From Chrysomallon squamiferum (lineage: Eukaryota > Animalia > Mollusca), in NCBI GenBank assembly GCA_012295275.1, contig CM022669.1, positions 6,138,001-6,202,000 on the forward strand: 64,000 nt of DNA, given 5' to 3'. Below the pieces are notes generated by a model. That model ran no database searches. It saw nothing but the letters and a program-made list of their open reading frames with translations, and had not been told where the DNA came from. This document shows positions 26,411-38,807 of the stretch, one piece after another. The position numbers were made by a program, and so were the translations under genes. Every line of letters starts with the position of its first letter. Position 1 is the stretch's first letter.

Positions 26411-29326
26411 TAAGTAAGAAATGTTTTAAAATGTGTAAATGCTTCCAGATGCAGTCAAAGTCCAGTTTTATTTAATTCCAAGTTTGTTGTTTTGATTTTT
26501 TTTTTTTTTTTAAAAATCTATAATATATATTATTATTATAGATACAAGTTTTTAGCATACATATTACAATAGTATTAATCCTGACAGCCTAACTAGTTTC
26601 TATAGTGGTCAAACATACTGCACAAATGTCCCAGCTATCTGCTAAAACATTGTTGCAGAGAATTTTTTCAATATATTTTAACTTATTATAAATTGAATAA
26701 AATAATATGTAAAAATTGTGTATTTTGATACTCTGGAGTCAAGACTGAACTGTTTGTCATTTTTGTATATCAGGATTCAAAGGGTTAATCAAGCATACTA
26801 TAAGAACACAGAAAATAATGAGAAGAATAATTTATTCAATAAAGTAACACTTACTGACATAAACAGACTAATGATTTAACATCAAAACATGACTTCCTGT
26901 TAACTGTTCTGGTTTTTAAATTTATATCTCAAAGGAGAAAAGATTAAAAAAAAAAAAACACTAGCATGCTATGTAACTAAAACAGATTTGCTCCAGATAG
27001 ATAACTGAGAATGACACTAAAGATAAATCAGATGTGATGTGATACAGCTTTGGCAATATGATCAGACATAGAATTACCATCTGGTATTCAGGTCATGGAA
27101 TAGTGAGTTAGTAAAATGAAACAGTGCTATACACATACATATATTCTTTTAAGATTTTACACAAAAAAAAAAAATCATTTTTAATTTATGCTTTTTCTCT
27201 AACTCAAAAGCAAATTAATAACAAAGCTTTTGAAAAAAAATTCTACCTGAGAAGCGGGCAGAATGGAAAATGACATAATAAACTCACCAAGAAGGTTCAA
27301 TCTTAAAACCATTCATGTGTCAGCTTCCTGTGTATCTCCAGCCAAACCCCAGAAAGTGGGAGAAATAATAAACAAAAAAATTCTAAAAATTAAAGAATTC
27401 ACAAATGAAATTTAAAAAATAATATTTCTAAATTTCTATATACTTTGTCAGCTTCTGCGACCTCGCAGATGACCTCCTCTGTCATTGGACATATCGTCGG
27501 GAACCTCTTTCCACTGACCGAGTCGACAAACTTGTTGTTGATAAAGAGCTGCAAATAAAAACAAAGAGAAATAACAGTTAGCAGTTTTTTACTGTGTTAT
27601 GTGCCTGGCTGCAAACATCACAAAAACTACTACTGAGAATTTCCACCATCATAAAGAAAAACAAAATTTGTAAAACTTAAACACTTATTTGAAATGGCTA
27701 AAATGACAAAAAAAAAAAGGATGTGGCATTAATTTGTTGGGTGTGTTTTGTTGTTGTTGTTGCTGCTGCTTTTAGTTTTGTGTTTTTGGGGGGGGTTGGT
27801 GGGCTGAGGAAATTGTGGTTTTTCATTTTTGTTTATTTCTAAGTGGATTTCAGTTGAAAATTTTGTCTTCTTTTTATTTTCTTCTTTATTTGCAAACAGG
27901 TTATTTTGTTTATCATTCAGTAAATTTGCTTTTCAGCCTGACCTAAACTTTTGTCAAGATACGCATCGCATCATGAAACATCTTATATAAAACAATCCTT
28001 TGTTAATTTATAATATGCTTTATGAATATATTCTCACAACAGGATGTTCCTGTCACACTTCATGACAAGGTAAACAACACCTCAGATATGTCATCCACCA
28101 CTATACTTCATTACGTATGTGGTTTTGTAACATTCTTCCTAGCAAAGAGGACACCAGTAACAAATTCCGTTTGTAATTTAAGTCTAAGTCTGGGCCCTTT
28201 ATGGTGAAGTGTATTTTAAACTACACACTTCTAGTTTGCTCTGGGGTTGGATTTACTGTTTAATGAACCAAACTAAATTCTGTGAAGAAAATAACAACGA
28301 GATAATTGGGTTGGAGATAAAAAATACTGTATTCAGGTTCAGGACTGTAATAAAACCAAAACAAACTGATGCGTGTCCAGGTCAAGGTTTTACACATTGT
28401 CAACACAAATGGTTATTTTATCCTTCAAGCATAGCAGATGTGATTTCTTTAAAAATGGTGTCACAACACAGTTAATATCTGGTAACCACAAGATCTTAAA
28501 ACAATTCCTGTGTCAGCTTCATGTATCTCCTGCCAAACCTCAGAAAGGAGATGAACAACTATTATAATCTACTTTTTTAAAACATTTTTTTTCACAGATG
28601 CACAATTTTATGTTTAATATTAAAACAAATATAAAAAAAAATTCAATTAACACAGTGGATATTAAGACCTACACACATACAGTACCATCTTTTTTTTTAT
28701 AAATAATGGAAATTTCCAAGGACAAAATATCACCAATATTACCCACTGACCAGTTAATTCTTTAAAGTATTGTCAGATATATCTGATACATTAACTGAGA
28801 ATAATTTTATAGGGATAAATTTTATTATTTTGCTGGCACTGTTTAAAGCTGAGATGTGAATCATTTTTTTTTTTTTTTTTTTTTTTTGTTACTTTATTAT
28901 TTAACCTGTTTCTTCCAAGATATTATTCGAAAGACAAATATTTTAAGTATGACAGAAGTAAATAAAACCTGTGACAACATGACACAACAGACCAGAGATA
29001 ATGTTTTAACTCATGTACTGTGATAGCCAAAGCGTAGGTGCCGTAGATAGCCAAAGTGTAGGTGAATGTTAATGCTCTTTACCCAAGCAGAATCAGCAAA
29101 TTTGTAGATCACTAAACTGTGACTGCTTTGGATACAGAGCAAGTCAAAATTTTGTCCGCTCTACCTGTCACTGAAGGTACTCAAGATCAAGTATAAGCAG
29201 TATATTCACAACTCAGTGAATTGTGACTGTTAAAACAGTCACTATGATTCTAAACGTAAGTATATATTTAACTGTACTCATAATCTACTGTGAGCATGAA
29301 TTTCTCTTCTTTTCTTTTAATTATTA

Positions 29327-29402
<76 letters not shown>

Positions 29403-30042
29403 AATCCACTACAGATATTTAAGCAAGTTCTTTGGTAAGGGCGTTTAGCTAGTGGCCAGAACTTATTTCATGTTTTCTTGAGAAAACCCCTGTATTTCCA
29501 ACTGCTGTTTTACCGATGGCAGCATGTAATACTCAATACATTTTTGTTCTTTTCTTTTCTTATTTATTACTTTTTCTTTTTTCTTTTTTTTTTAATGGTA
29601 TGTTTTAATTATATTTTATTACACTGTAATTATGTTTTAGTTTTAGTATCTTTATTAAATTAGTGACTTCAGTGGTAATTTGGTCACAGGCTATGTATAA
29701 ATAATATTACTGTTAGTGATAATAATAATAATAGCTCGTATGTCACTACCCAATTTAACAGTTTAACAAACGTCAGAAAGTAAAGCAACAACGACCTCGA
29801 GCAAAAACATTCGATATAAATAAAAAAAAAACGAGTAAATAATAAATATATCTTTACGCATCCTGGTTTTAAGGCTACATTGACAACGTACAAATGTTAA
29901 TAAATTTATCAACTTAAATTACCTGCGCACTCTTTACTTCTGGATCCCGAATGGGCTGGGGTAGACTTGACATGCATGCATGTTGTTGTTTCACGATAGT
30001 CCAAACACTTTTAGAACGAGCTATCCTCCACAACGACGACAT
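17006..30042 (-). CDS. ALDH2: Mitochondrial aldehyde dehydrogenase (ALDH2-like), 518 aa, 14 coding exons
   Basis: Exons 30042-29923, 27548-27444, 23582-23442, 22937-22858, 22037-21988, 21553-21492, 21121-20993, 20454-20341, 20029-19927, 19466-19285, 18804-18640, 18346-18189, 17513-17399 and 17038-17006 sum to 1557 nt with consistent phases. Motifs: [25 protein letters not shown] (catalytic Glu), [13 protein letters not shown] (catalytic Cys in the ALDH2-type CCC), [22 protein letters not shown]-terminal IPQKNS. The N-terminus [23 protein letters not shown] is basic with no acidic residues, as in a mitochondrial presequence. Confidence 0.96.
18355..18540 (-). mobile_element. Degenerate SINE fragment in an ALDH intron
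   Basis: AGCAAGGAATCTTTTGTATGTACCCA and TATGTCGGACATG resemble the reverse strand of the same SINE family. From memory, not verified. Confidence 0.4.
20705..20992 (+). repeat. 41-bp minisatellite in ALDH intron 7, about 6-7 copies
   Basis: CTAGAATGGGAAAACTGCTAAAATGTTATGAATTGTATTGT with CTAG at 20787, 20829, 20870, 20911 and 20952. Confidence 0.95.
27300..28555. repeat. Pair of about 60-bp direct repeats flanking ALDH exon 2 (27301-27363 and 28494-28552)
   Basis: TCTTAAAAC(C/A)ATTC(A/C)TGTGTCAGCTTC..TGTATCTCC(A/T)GCCAAACC(C/T)CAGAAAG is present in both copies. Confidence 0.9.
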
Positions 30043-30140
30043 GTTGGGGTAGTTTAGCAGGAAAACGATGGTCAAAAGACGACCTAGCAGAAGTGGGCGT
30101 CTTTCATGTACCTGTCAATAATTCAGGATAAAAATAACTC

Positions 30141-30149
30141 AGCCAATCC
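30141..30149. promoter_or_regulatory. CCAAT (NF-Y) box in the ALDH proximal promoter
   Basis: CAGCCAATC about 100 bp upstream of the ALDH ATG, in a CpG-retaining segment. Confidence 0.5.
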
Positions 30150-30299
30150 GGCCTGGCATTTTATTAGGGAAAATTCAATTAAATAAACAATTATGTACGT
30201 ATATCATTTATATATTTTTTTAAACTTGAAATAAATGACTATAAACTGATAAGACTGCTTTTTTTTTTGCTTTTTTTTTTTCCGTATGTCTTCAGTAAG

Positions 30300-30560
30300 A
30301 GTTGGGTATAGCTTATTAATGCCGGAACTGAGATCTAACAGGACGTAAGATCGATCCTTCTAAGGCTGCGACAGACTTATTTTTCAGTTTCATCCACTGC
30401 AACTGTAACAGAAGCAGGAATTGTAGTACTATGATGTGCTAGTTATGACTACCGCCAAAATTACTACTACGTATATAATTTTTGTTGTGAGTCTTTTTAA
30501 TGAGTGGTTGTAATTTATCCAAAAACAAGCCACATGCTGCACCAAGGTCATGTTATGAAA
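30300..30560 (+). mobile_element. Degenerate SINE upstream of ALDH
   Basis: tRNA-like head (GTATAGCTTATT...GGACGTAAGATCGATCC) followed by a degenerate body. Confidence 0.35.
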
Positions 30561-30809
30561 CCTTGTTGAAGATAAATATTCTTACAAGATAAGTAATCCA
30601 GGAATGATTACTTCTCCTAAATCATCTTAATCAAAAACAAATTTTATAAAGAAAACATGATCTGAAATTAATAGATAACTGCATAATAAACGAATGATTT
30701 TATTACTTTTTTTGTTGTTGTTGTTGTCTTTTAAATGCATATCAGAGCTATGCGCCATTTCACTTTTTTCTTTTCTTTTTTTTAAATACATCTTAGATCC
30801 ATGCACCAT

Positions 30810-30844
<35 letters not shown>

Positions 30845-33009
30845 TTAGCAATGGCGTGTCCGATAAGCAGTAACATCTCTTATTAGAGTCATGTCGTGAA
30901 ATGAAATGAAAGTTATTTATTAGACTGTTTTATTCTGAAAAAAAAAAAAAGGTTTTTAATATTAAATGTTTAAAATTCAAACTAATATTATACTTTTTAA
31001 AATGAGATATCGAAAGTGTATTTAATAGTTTTTTTATTATTTATTTATTTATTTTAATATTATAATATAATTATGATAATTTTTATTGTCGTTGCTGTTA
31101 ATTTGTTGTTCTTCTTATATGCTCTTTTCTTTTTTCTTTTTTTTTTCTGATTTTTCTTTTTTATTTTATTTTATTTTATTTTTTTAAATGGAAAATATCC
31201 AAGTATGAAAACAAATGCTATTTTAGTAACAATACCTGTTTATGCATTATGACATAACTCTGCATATGGTTTCATATTTAATGAATCGATTTCTCTTTTA
31301 TTTCTATTAGCGACACATGGAAGATGTTCTTTCTTGGGCACACTTTATATAAAATACATACAACTGCTCTGCGCCATCTTTTTTCTGCCAGACGTGCTTC
31401 CAAAATATTCGTGTGTGCCGCTGCATGGGTGTTTTGTTGCTGACAATGACCATGATGGGGATGATGTGAGTTTTTTGGAGTTTACTACCAACGTTCTACT
31501 TCTTTAACAAAATAGTCATCCGTGTCGACCAGTGATTATAGAACTCTGTAATACTGGGAAAAAAAGAAATGGAACGTGTATTTTCGAACAAACTAGTCCA
31601 CTAGAGGTTTCCACCGTGACCTTCACGTAATAATCGCACGCATAGTTGTTTCGTGGACGAATCTAGATGTTTAGGGGCTGTGGCTGAATAGATAAATTTG
31701 TTAAAATTAAAGGGACACAATGACAGAAAAGTAAAGAAAAAAAGGAAGACGGCGTCGAGAATGTCTTCTTTTATTTCTCTCTACCAAACGAAAATGAAAA
31801 AAAAGGGTTGTTTTATGTTATTTTGTGACACACATATATATATATATATATTTTTTTTTTTTTCAATAATATTCCACAATAAAAGTGAACTGAGAAAAAG
31901 CAGAACTTGTCGTTGTTCCTTTAAATGCAGAATTTCATAAAAGAGGAACTTACTTTCCTCCTCCCTACAGTATGATGTTTATTATTTATTATTAGAGCTT
32001 GCAATTATTACTATATATTATAGTTGTTATTATTGTTTTAATATTAAAATCTGCTATCTAATTAAAATAATAACGAGAATCGGTGATTTCTTTCCAAGTA
32101 AGAGTTTCTAGTTTTGAACCTTTGTGTTATTACATTTATTAATCTCTCTCTGTTGTTCCGTCACACACACACACACACACATACACACATACACACAAAC
32201 AAACCATACACACACAAACACGCACGCACTCACACACATACACAAAGTAACTTACATGCAATGTCGTTATAATTATTAGATTTCGTTTTCCACATTCACT
32301 AAAGGTTATCTTTTGTATTTCGATAATGAAAATAGCAGAAGTGAATTAAAGACCACAGAGAAAACAACAGAATGATCAACAATCATCGACAACAAAACAC
32401 AAATCTTCTAAGAATATCGTTGATTTATTTTCACCTTGTACATGCTTATAAAAAATTTAATTTTACTGCTCAGATATAATATCATTTTGTATTTTCATTA
32501 AAACACATATTTAACATTCACCTACAATTAAGATTGTATGATCTCTAAATCATGCAAGTACATTCAAATTACAAAACGCTATGGACAGAAATATGAGACA
32601 ATCAAAAACGTTAAAACAACGAAAGAGCTGTGTCATTATATAAAATATGTCCTTCCTTTCTGTCTTATGCAAGTGCTTTATGTCTAATCTTTCTTTATTG
32701 TGGTACTGAAATTAATTTTTGGAGCAGCCATTGAGCAGAAAAACACTGGAGACACAAAGAATAATTTTACATTATATAAAATGTTTGTTTAATTGATTTA
32801 TTTGTACAAAAGCTTTATATAAAGTATTAGTGTTTCTGCTAATGTTCAAAAATAAATATACACCATTTGCATAGAGTCACTTTAAAAAAAAAATTTAATG
32901 TAAGTTAAATAGGTCTTATTTTATTTTAATATTGGAAACAAAGTTCAGTAATGTCCAAGAAAGAGAGTGATAATCATTCTGGTTTTAACAAGTTCACTTA
33001 AAATGTTTG

Positions 33010-33156
33010 CTTCTTTTTCTTTTGTCTTCTTCTCTCTTATTTTATTATTATTATTATCGTTATTATCATCATCATCATTATTATCATCATCATTATCATT
33101 AGTTTTCATATTCTTTTTCTTATTTTTCTTATTGCTTCTTTTTCTTCTGTCTCTTA

Positions 33157-33210
<54 letters not shown>

Positions 33211-33318
33211 CATTATTATGATCATTATTATTATTATAATTATTATTATCATCATTATCATCATTATTATTATTATTATTGTTTTTTCTTATTCTTCTTT
33301 TTCTTCTGTCTTTTTCTC

Positions 33319-33367
<49 letters not shown>

Positions 33368-33380
33368 TTCCTTTTTTCTT
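33010..33380. repeat. (ATT/ATC)n low-complexity tract with a duplicated TTCTTTTTCTTCTGTCT spacer
   Basis: Explains the spurious poly-N and poly-L ORFs at 32945-33409. Confidence 0.9.
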
Positions 33381-33428
33381 TCACAGTTTGAATAATTTTG
33401 ATCTATCACAACGAAACTTTTCGAAGTA

Positions 33429-34151
33429 CAGTATTCCCTCGCTATTCGCGGGGGTTACGTTCTTTACCCCCCCGCGAATAGCGAAAAACCGCGAATATTG
33501 GATGCAGTTTTAAAACGTCTATTATGAGATTATATACGGTACTAAATGCTTCCCAAACACTTTCTAAAGACACTCTTACTCATTAATACAGTAATAATGT
33601 AGTAATATTGCATGCAGTTATGTATTTCACTAATGTAGTAATGATAATGTAAACACATTTTAATTTGTACTGAAACAATATTTTAATCAGAAAGAAACGT
33701 AAGTACAGGAGGACAGTAACACCGCATAGCATAGTTACCCATACAGTATTACTGTACCGTAAAGTCATTTTCTATGCGTACAACATATGTATTAGAATTG
33801 ACAGAAAGTGGAACAAATTTAAAGGCAAACAGACAGATAAATACAGTACGCACAGTTCAGGTAATAATAATACAATTCAGTAATAATATACAATTAAAAA
33901 CATTATTAATACACGGTCACAAAAAATATGCACTGTACATACAGTGTATGCATTTATAAAAAAATACGTACTGTATTGCAATAATAATTGAACAAATTTG
34001 ATATTGTTTGTGCGGTTTACCGAGCATTTGTTTTTATGACGTTATGACGCTCGCCTGGTATACCAGCATACGATGCGATAGGGTTAAGAGCATAACCCGC
34101 GAATAATGCGGGGCCGCGAATGGGGAACCGCGAACAGGTGAGGGTATACTG
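33429..34151. mobile_element. Non-autonomous Tc1/mariner (Tigger/pogo-type) MITE, 723 bp
   Basis: TA on both flanks (33427-33428, 34152-34153). Terminal inverted repeats CAGTATTCCCTCGCTATTCGCGG and CCGCGAACAGGTGAGGGTATACTG. Repeated subterminal CCGCGAAT motifs and a hairpin TTCGCGGGGG...CCCCCGCGAA, the layout of Tigger/MER2-type ends. No transposase ORF. Confidence 0.9.
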
Positions 34152-34822
34152 TATTCCGAAGTGTCCCGAACAATTACGAACGTTATAACCTTTTGTTATA
34201 GTAGCAGCAAAGATTATTTGACGCTTAACAGTGAGCATGTTTAAAAAGAAATGCATATATTTTGAAGTTGAAATTTAAATTAAAACATAAATAAAGCAAT
34301 AATTCATAACATGTTATAATTAAATATACAAAGTATAATGATACAATGTCACATAACAAAAAAATTGCAAAAGATTCCAAAAATTCCAATAAATGAATGA
34401 ATGAAAAAATAAATAAAAATAAAATTTTAAAATGTAAAACATATTTTGTTTAATAAATCGTTTCATTTAGTATCATAACTTGCATTATGCTTAGAATAGC
34501 GTTATTTCTATAAATATATTATTATTTTTGTTGTTGTTGTCATTGTTTCCATGGGCTTTGTTTAGGTAGGTTAAAGTAACTTATACTATTTGGTTTTATT
34601 TCTATAAATATACAAGTGCTGTCAAAAGCTATATTATACAGCAGAACATGTAGTCAGTCTGAAAGTGGATAGAGGTGCAAGGGTGATATCTTTAAAAATA
34701 CAGATCGGCATCAAACAGCATAATTAACTGAATTATCAGGTGAAAGTACAAAAATACATTAATGCCAAGTTCACTAAAGGAATATGAGTATCAATTAAAT
34801 ATATTCACATGCTTGTACTAAT

Positions 34823-34856
<34 letters not shown>

Positions 34857-35154
34857 CAACAATTTGTGATAACTATTCTTCGTTATTATTTTGTAATTGC
34901 CACCTTTTAAAGTTTCTCCAACACACACACACACACACACACACTAGATTAAAATAATTTGGCATGGCGTCACTGACTGTCTCGGTCTTCATAGACTTTC
35001 AACGAATCCGAAAATAGACGATGTGTTCCGAAAGCTACCGGGGAAAAAATAATAATACTAAGAAATACCGCTATTAAAATGGAGTTTAGTTAGGGTTTTA
35101 ATTAACTATCTGGACAGTGTATCCAGTTTTTTGTTGAAAGAAGTAATTCAGATA

Positions 35155-35807
35155 ATGGATGAAGCAAATGACAGCGAGAATGATGAAGTTGTAACTAAAA
35201 CACCTAGAACTAGAATTCACAAACGCCGAGTTTCATCCTCGGATAGCGATGATCAGTACGGACGTAAACGTAAAATTGATGATAACAAAACCCCACAACT
35301 TAATAAAATTGTAAGTATATAGATATTATGTAGAACGGGAGAAAGGACAGCGTAAATTTAAAACAGTAATTACAATTAGATTGATTAACTGTTATGGCGC
35401 CAGTTAGAAGGAGGGGAAATAACTCTTTTGGCGCCAGATGTAAATTATAAATAATACTTACAAAATTTTTAATATTTATAATTAATATTTAATTGTCGCA
35501 TGGTATAAACTGAAAAATATAACCTAGATTTTGCTTCATATTTTATTTATTTACCCAGGCCAACCATAAATAAACATAATTAGACAGAATTTTATGTCAA
35601 CAGGATAAATAATTATCAATAAGAATAAAATTAATAATAAATTTAGTTTTAACGATAACATACAATAAACATCTCAAAGAATTAATGGATGAAGTAATAA
35701 TAATAAATATCAGTTACTTGTTTTTATTAATTAAGGATGCATACTAAATTCCATATAAAAGACTGGTACCTAATATTTGTTTAGGTCACATTTTTAAAAA
35801 AGTATTT

Positions 35808-35858
<51 letters not shown>

Positions 35859-36253
35859 GGTTAATGTTTATCGTCTTGTTTTGTTCTTATTTTTCAAATT
35901 TTTATTATTTTATTTAATTTTTTAATTTTTTTTTCTTCTTAATAAGATGTGTTATATTAATCCAGTTGTCCATGATGCTCATGTATGAGCCTCTATATAT
36001 AATTATATGTTCAGTTCTGATTACAACTCCAAATATAAATGTAAAAAAAAAAAAAAAAAATCTTTCAAAGATTTGTTTTTCCTTCTGAAGTCCAATAATA
36101 TTTGAATCAAACCACGGCATTTGAAACAACTTAGTTTGCATTGTATGTCCAGGATAGGTGTGCTTTTGTTTTTCAAATAATTGCAGACTGAGTATCACTA
36201 ATCCAAAATTCCTTGAGCCAGATATGGTGCTCTGTTACGTTTAATATAAAATA

Positions 36254-36299
<46 letters not shown>

Positions 36300-37562
36300 A
36301 TTCCTATATGGAGTATAAGAAGTAAGCCAATAATTTATTTATTTTTTAATTTTTTATTTTTTCTGTTGTAGAATGCAAGCCGACGCTCAGAAAGGATCAG
36401 ATCAAGAAGTAACAGGAAGTTTTCCATGCCTTCCCGACAAGATGTTCTGGCAAAATGTACTTCAAAAAACTACAAACAATTGGAACCTAAAAAGCTTGTT
36501 GATGATTTCAGCAGAATGTAAGTAACATTAACAATCATTTAAGACCATCTTTCTTTTTTTTTTTTTTTTTTTTTACAATTTTCATTATGTTTTATTAATG
36601 TACTTTATTACTAGCAAATAATGGTCTCGAATTGACAAATCAAAAAATCACCAAGAAATATATTTAGAATTTTTCTTTGAGATACTAAAAGTGTATAATT
36701 CTTTGACAATTATTAAGAAAGGTTCATTCATATATACCTGTAATTTATTTTCATATCACAGAAACACCAGATATAATTCTGAAAATATTGATTTGTTTGA
36801 AGATTCCTCTATGAGCGACTTCATTGAAGATGACAGTGACTCTTCTGACAACAGTGTGAGTTTTAATATTTATTATAAAGTAACTGTCTTTGACTCTCTT
36901 ACATACACACATACATACACAAACTGTCTTGTTCTATCTTGTGCAGTGTAATAAAAAAGAAAAAAGGTATTTCATTTTTATATATTTATTAAACTTGTGA
37001 CAAAAACAATATTAAATTTCAAATTTTATTGACTTTTCAGTCAAGTAATTCTGAAGCTCAGAAACCACACAGAGTGAAGAACCTGGTGAAAAGAAAATCT
37101 CGAAACAGAATCAGAAACAGTGATGACTCATCAAGTGACAGCGACAACGAAATTATGCTCCAGAAAAATGAAGAAGGTTCCAGTAGTCTGAACAATGACA
37201 ACAAGGATGTTCAGAATAACTTGGCCAAACAAGGAGCTTCTAATGATAAAACAGGACAGTGTTCAAATACTGATGGAGAAGAACAATCAAAAAGATGTTA
37301 TGTGCAGTCTGGGAATGATGATGGTAGTGGTGATCATGATAGTGCTGCTGCTGTTGATGATGATGATGATGATGATGATGACATTAAAATGGTAAGGAAA
37401 CGAAACGTGTCATCTTCACTTTTGGACAGTGATGATTCTGAAAACAAGGATTCAAACTGTGGACATTCTCTAAGAAAAATGGATAGAAAAACTGTTGAAA
37501 AAAGAAATTTATTATTCAAAGGCTTGAGAGAAGCAAGAGCAAAACATATGAAATCCAGCTGA
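35155..37562 (+). CDS. Uncharacterised acidic/basic low-complexity protein, probably nuclear, 305 aa
   Basis: Exons 35155-35310, 36372-36517, 36762-36855 and 37041-37562 total 918 nt with GT-AG ends and consistent phases. Contains NLS-like HKRR, GRKRK and KRKSRNR, SRRSERIRSR, DSSMSDFIEDDSD, a poly-D tract, and C-terminal KRNLLFKGLREARAK. AATAAA lies near 37924. Confidence 0.8.
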
Positions 37563-38408
37563 CAGTAAAAGTAACTCCTGCTAGAGTATAATTTTAAACT
37601 GTTATACTGAAAATGTGTGTCTGAACTGATCATTAATTGCAAATTATCAGATGAAAAGCATTTTATAATTTTAATAATACATGTATATGTTGTTAAAAAA
37701 CCTCTATTCCACTTCATTCAGATATGTCACTTGTTTTTTGTGTTTATTGTTTTGATCTTGAAAGAAATATTCAAATTTTATAGATAAGCAATCAGTACAA
37801 ATGGGATTAATACTGGAAGATTCCAGATGATAAACTACAAGATTCTTTTTGTTTTAGGCTGTAAGATTAACTACCATAATTGCTTCACTGCCTAGAATGT
37901 TTATTATTGTTGTACAAAACTGAAATAAAATGATATACCCCTAATTCTTAGTATCATGCATTTTTTTATGGCACTTTTATGTACTGTCCATGTAAACTAA
38001 TTTATCCAATGGAATAATGTATATGACATATATTTATAATTTTAAGTACAGCTGAATACTATATCATAATTTACTTATAGTTAAATTCAGAATTTAGCCA
38101 TCAGTTAGAAATAAGAAAAAAAAAGGGAATTTGTCACAAAATATGTAATTAGTATGAATATTTATAGCTATTTTATATCCATATCAATTGTAAATGAATA
38201 ATTGTGTTGTTAATTATGAAATGACATTCTGTCACAGATTGTTAATTAGAATAATTTATAGTTGTTTTAGATACAGGACCGATTTACATAAATACGAAAC
38301 ACATCAGCAAAATAATGTCAGCATATTGAACGCTATTTTCGCCAAATAAGTTTTTGACACTTGACAAATGAAGGAATGTTACAATTTACATTTATGTAAC
38401 CTTCATCT

Positions 38409-38776
38409 TCAGAAACACCATCCATAACGAATGCCGCAAGTGCGATAAGCTTTGTGACCATGTAAATGTAGTTTTTCAGAAATCCATTCTGGGTTGACAA
38501 CAAACTCTTTGTCAAATCCCGTACCAGTGGCTCTTTGAAAAGCACCGCTCGGATTTTTCACAAACGTGTCGTCAATTATGAAATAGGGCAGTTTAAAAGA
38601 TTTGTTCAGATTTGCTGAAACGACAAACTTGGGTCTTCTTGGAACTTCTCTGAAATTCATAAATAAATAACAGTTGTATAAGTACAAAATCAAATGCATT
38701 AACAAAATGAAGTACCAGCCGTGCAATATGGTCTGCAATTGGTAAGAGACAAAATGGTCATGCAAAAAGATATAAA

Positions 38777-38807
<31 letters not shown>

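Noticed and set aside
17006-30042. ALDH as an omega-crystallin
   Set aside because: It has a mitochondrial presequence and intact catalytic Cys, Glu and Asn, which fit an ordinary ALDH2.
32945-33409. 154-aa Asn-rich ORF
   Set aside because: It is the translation of an (ATT)n low-complexity tract, with no splice or codon support.
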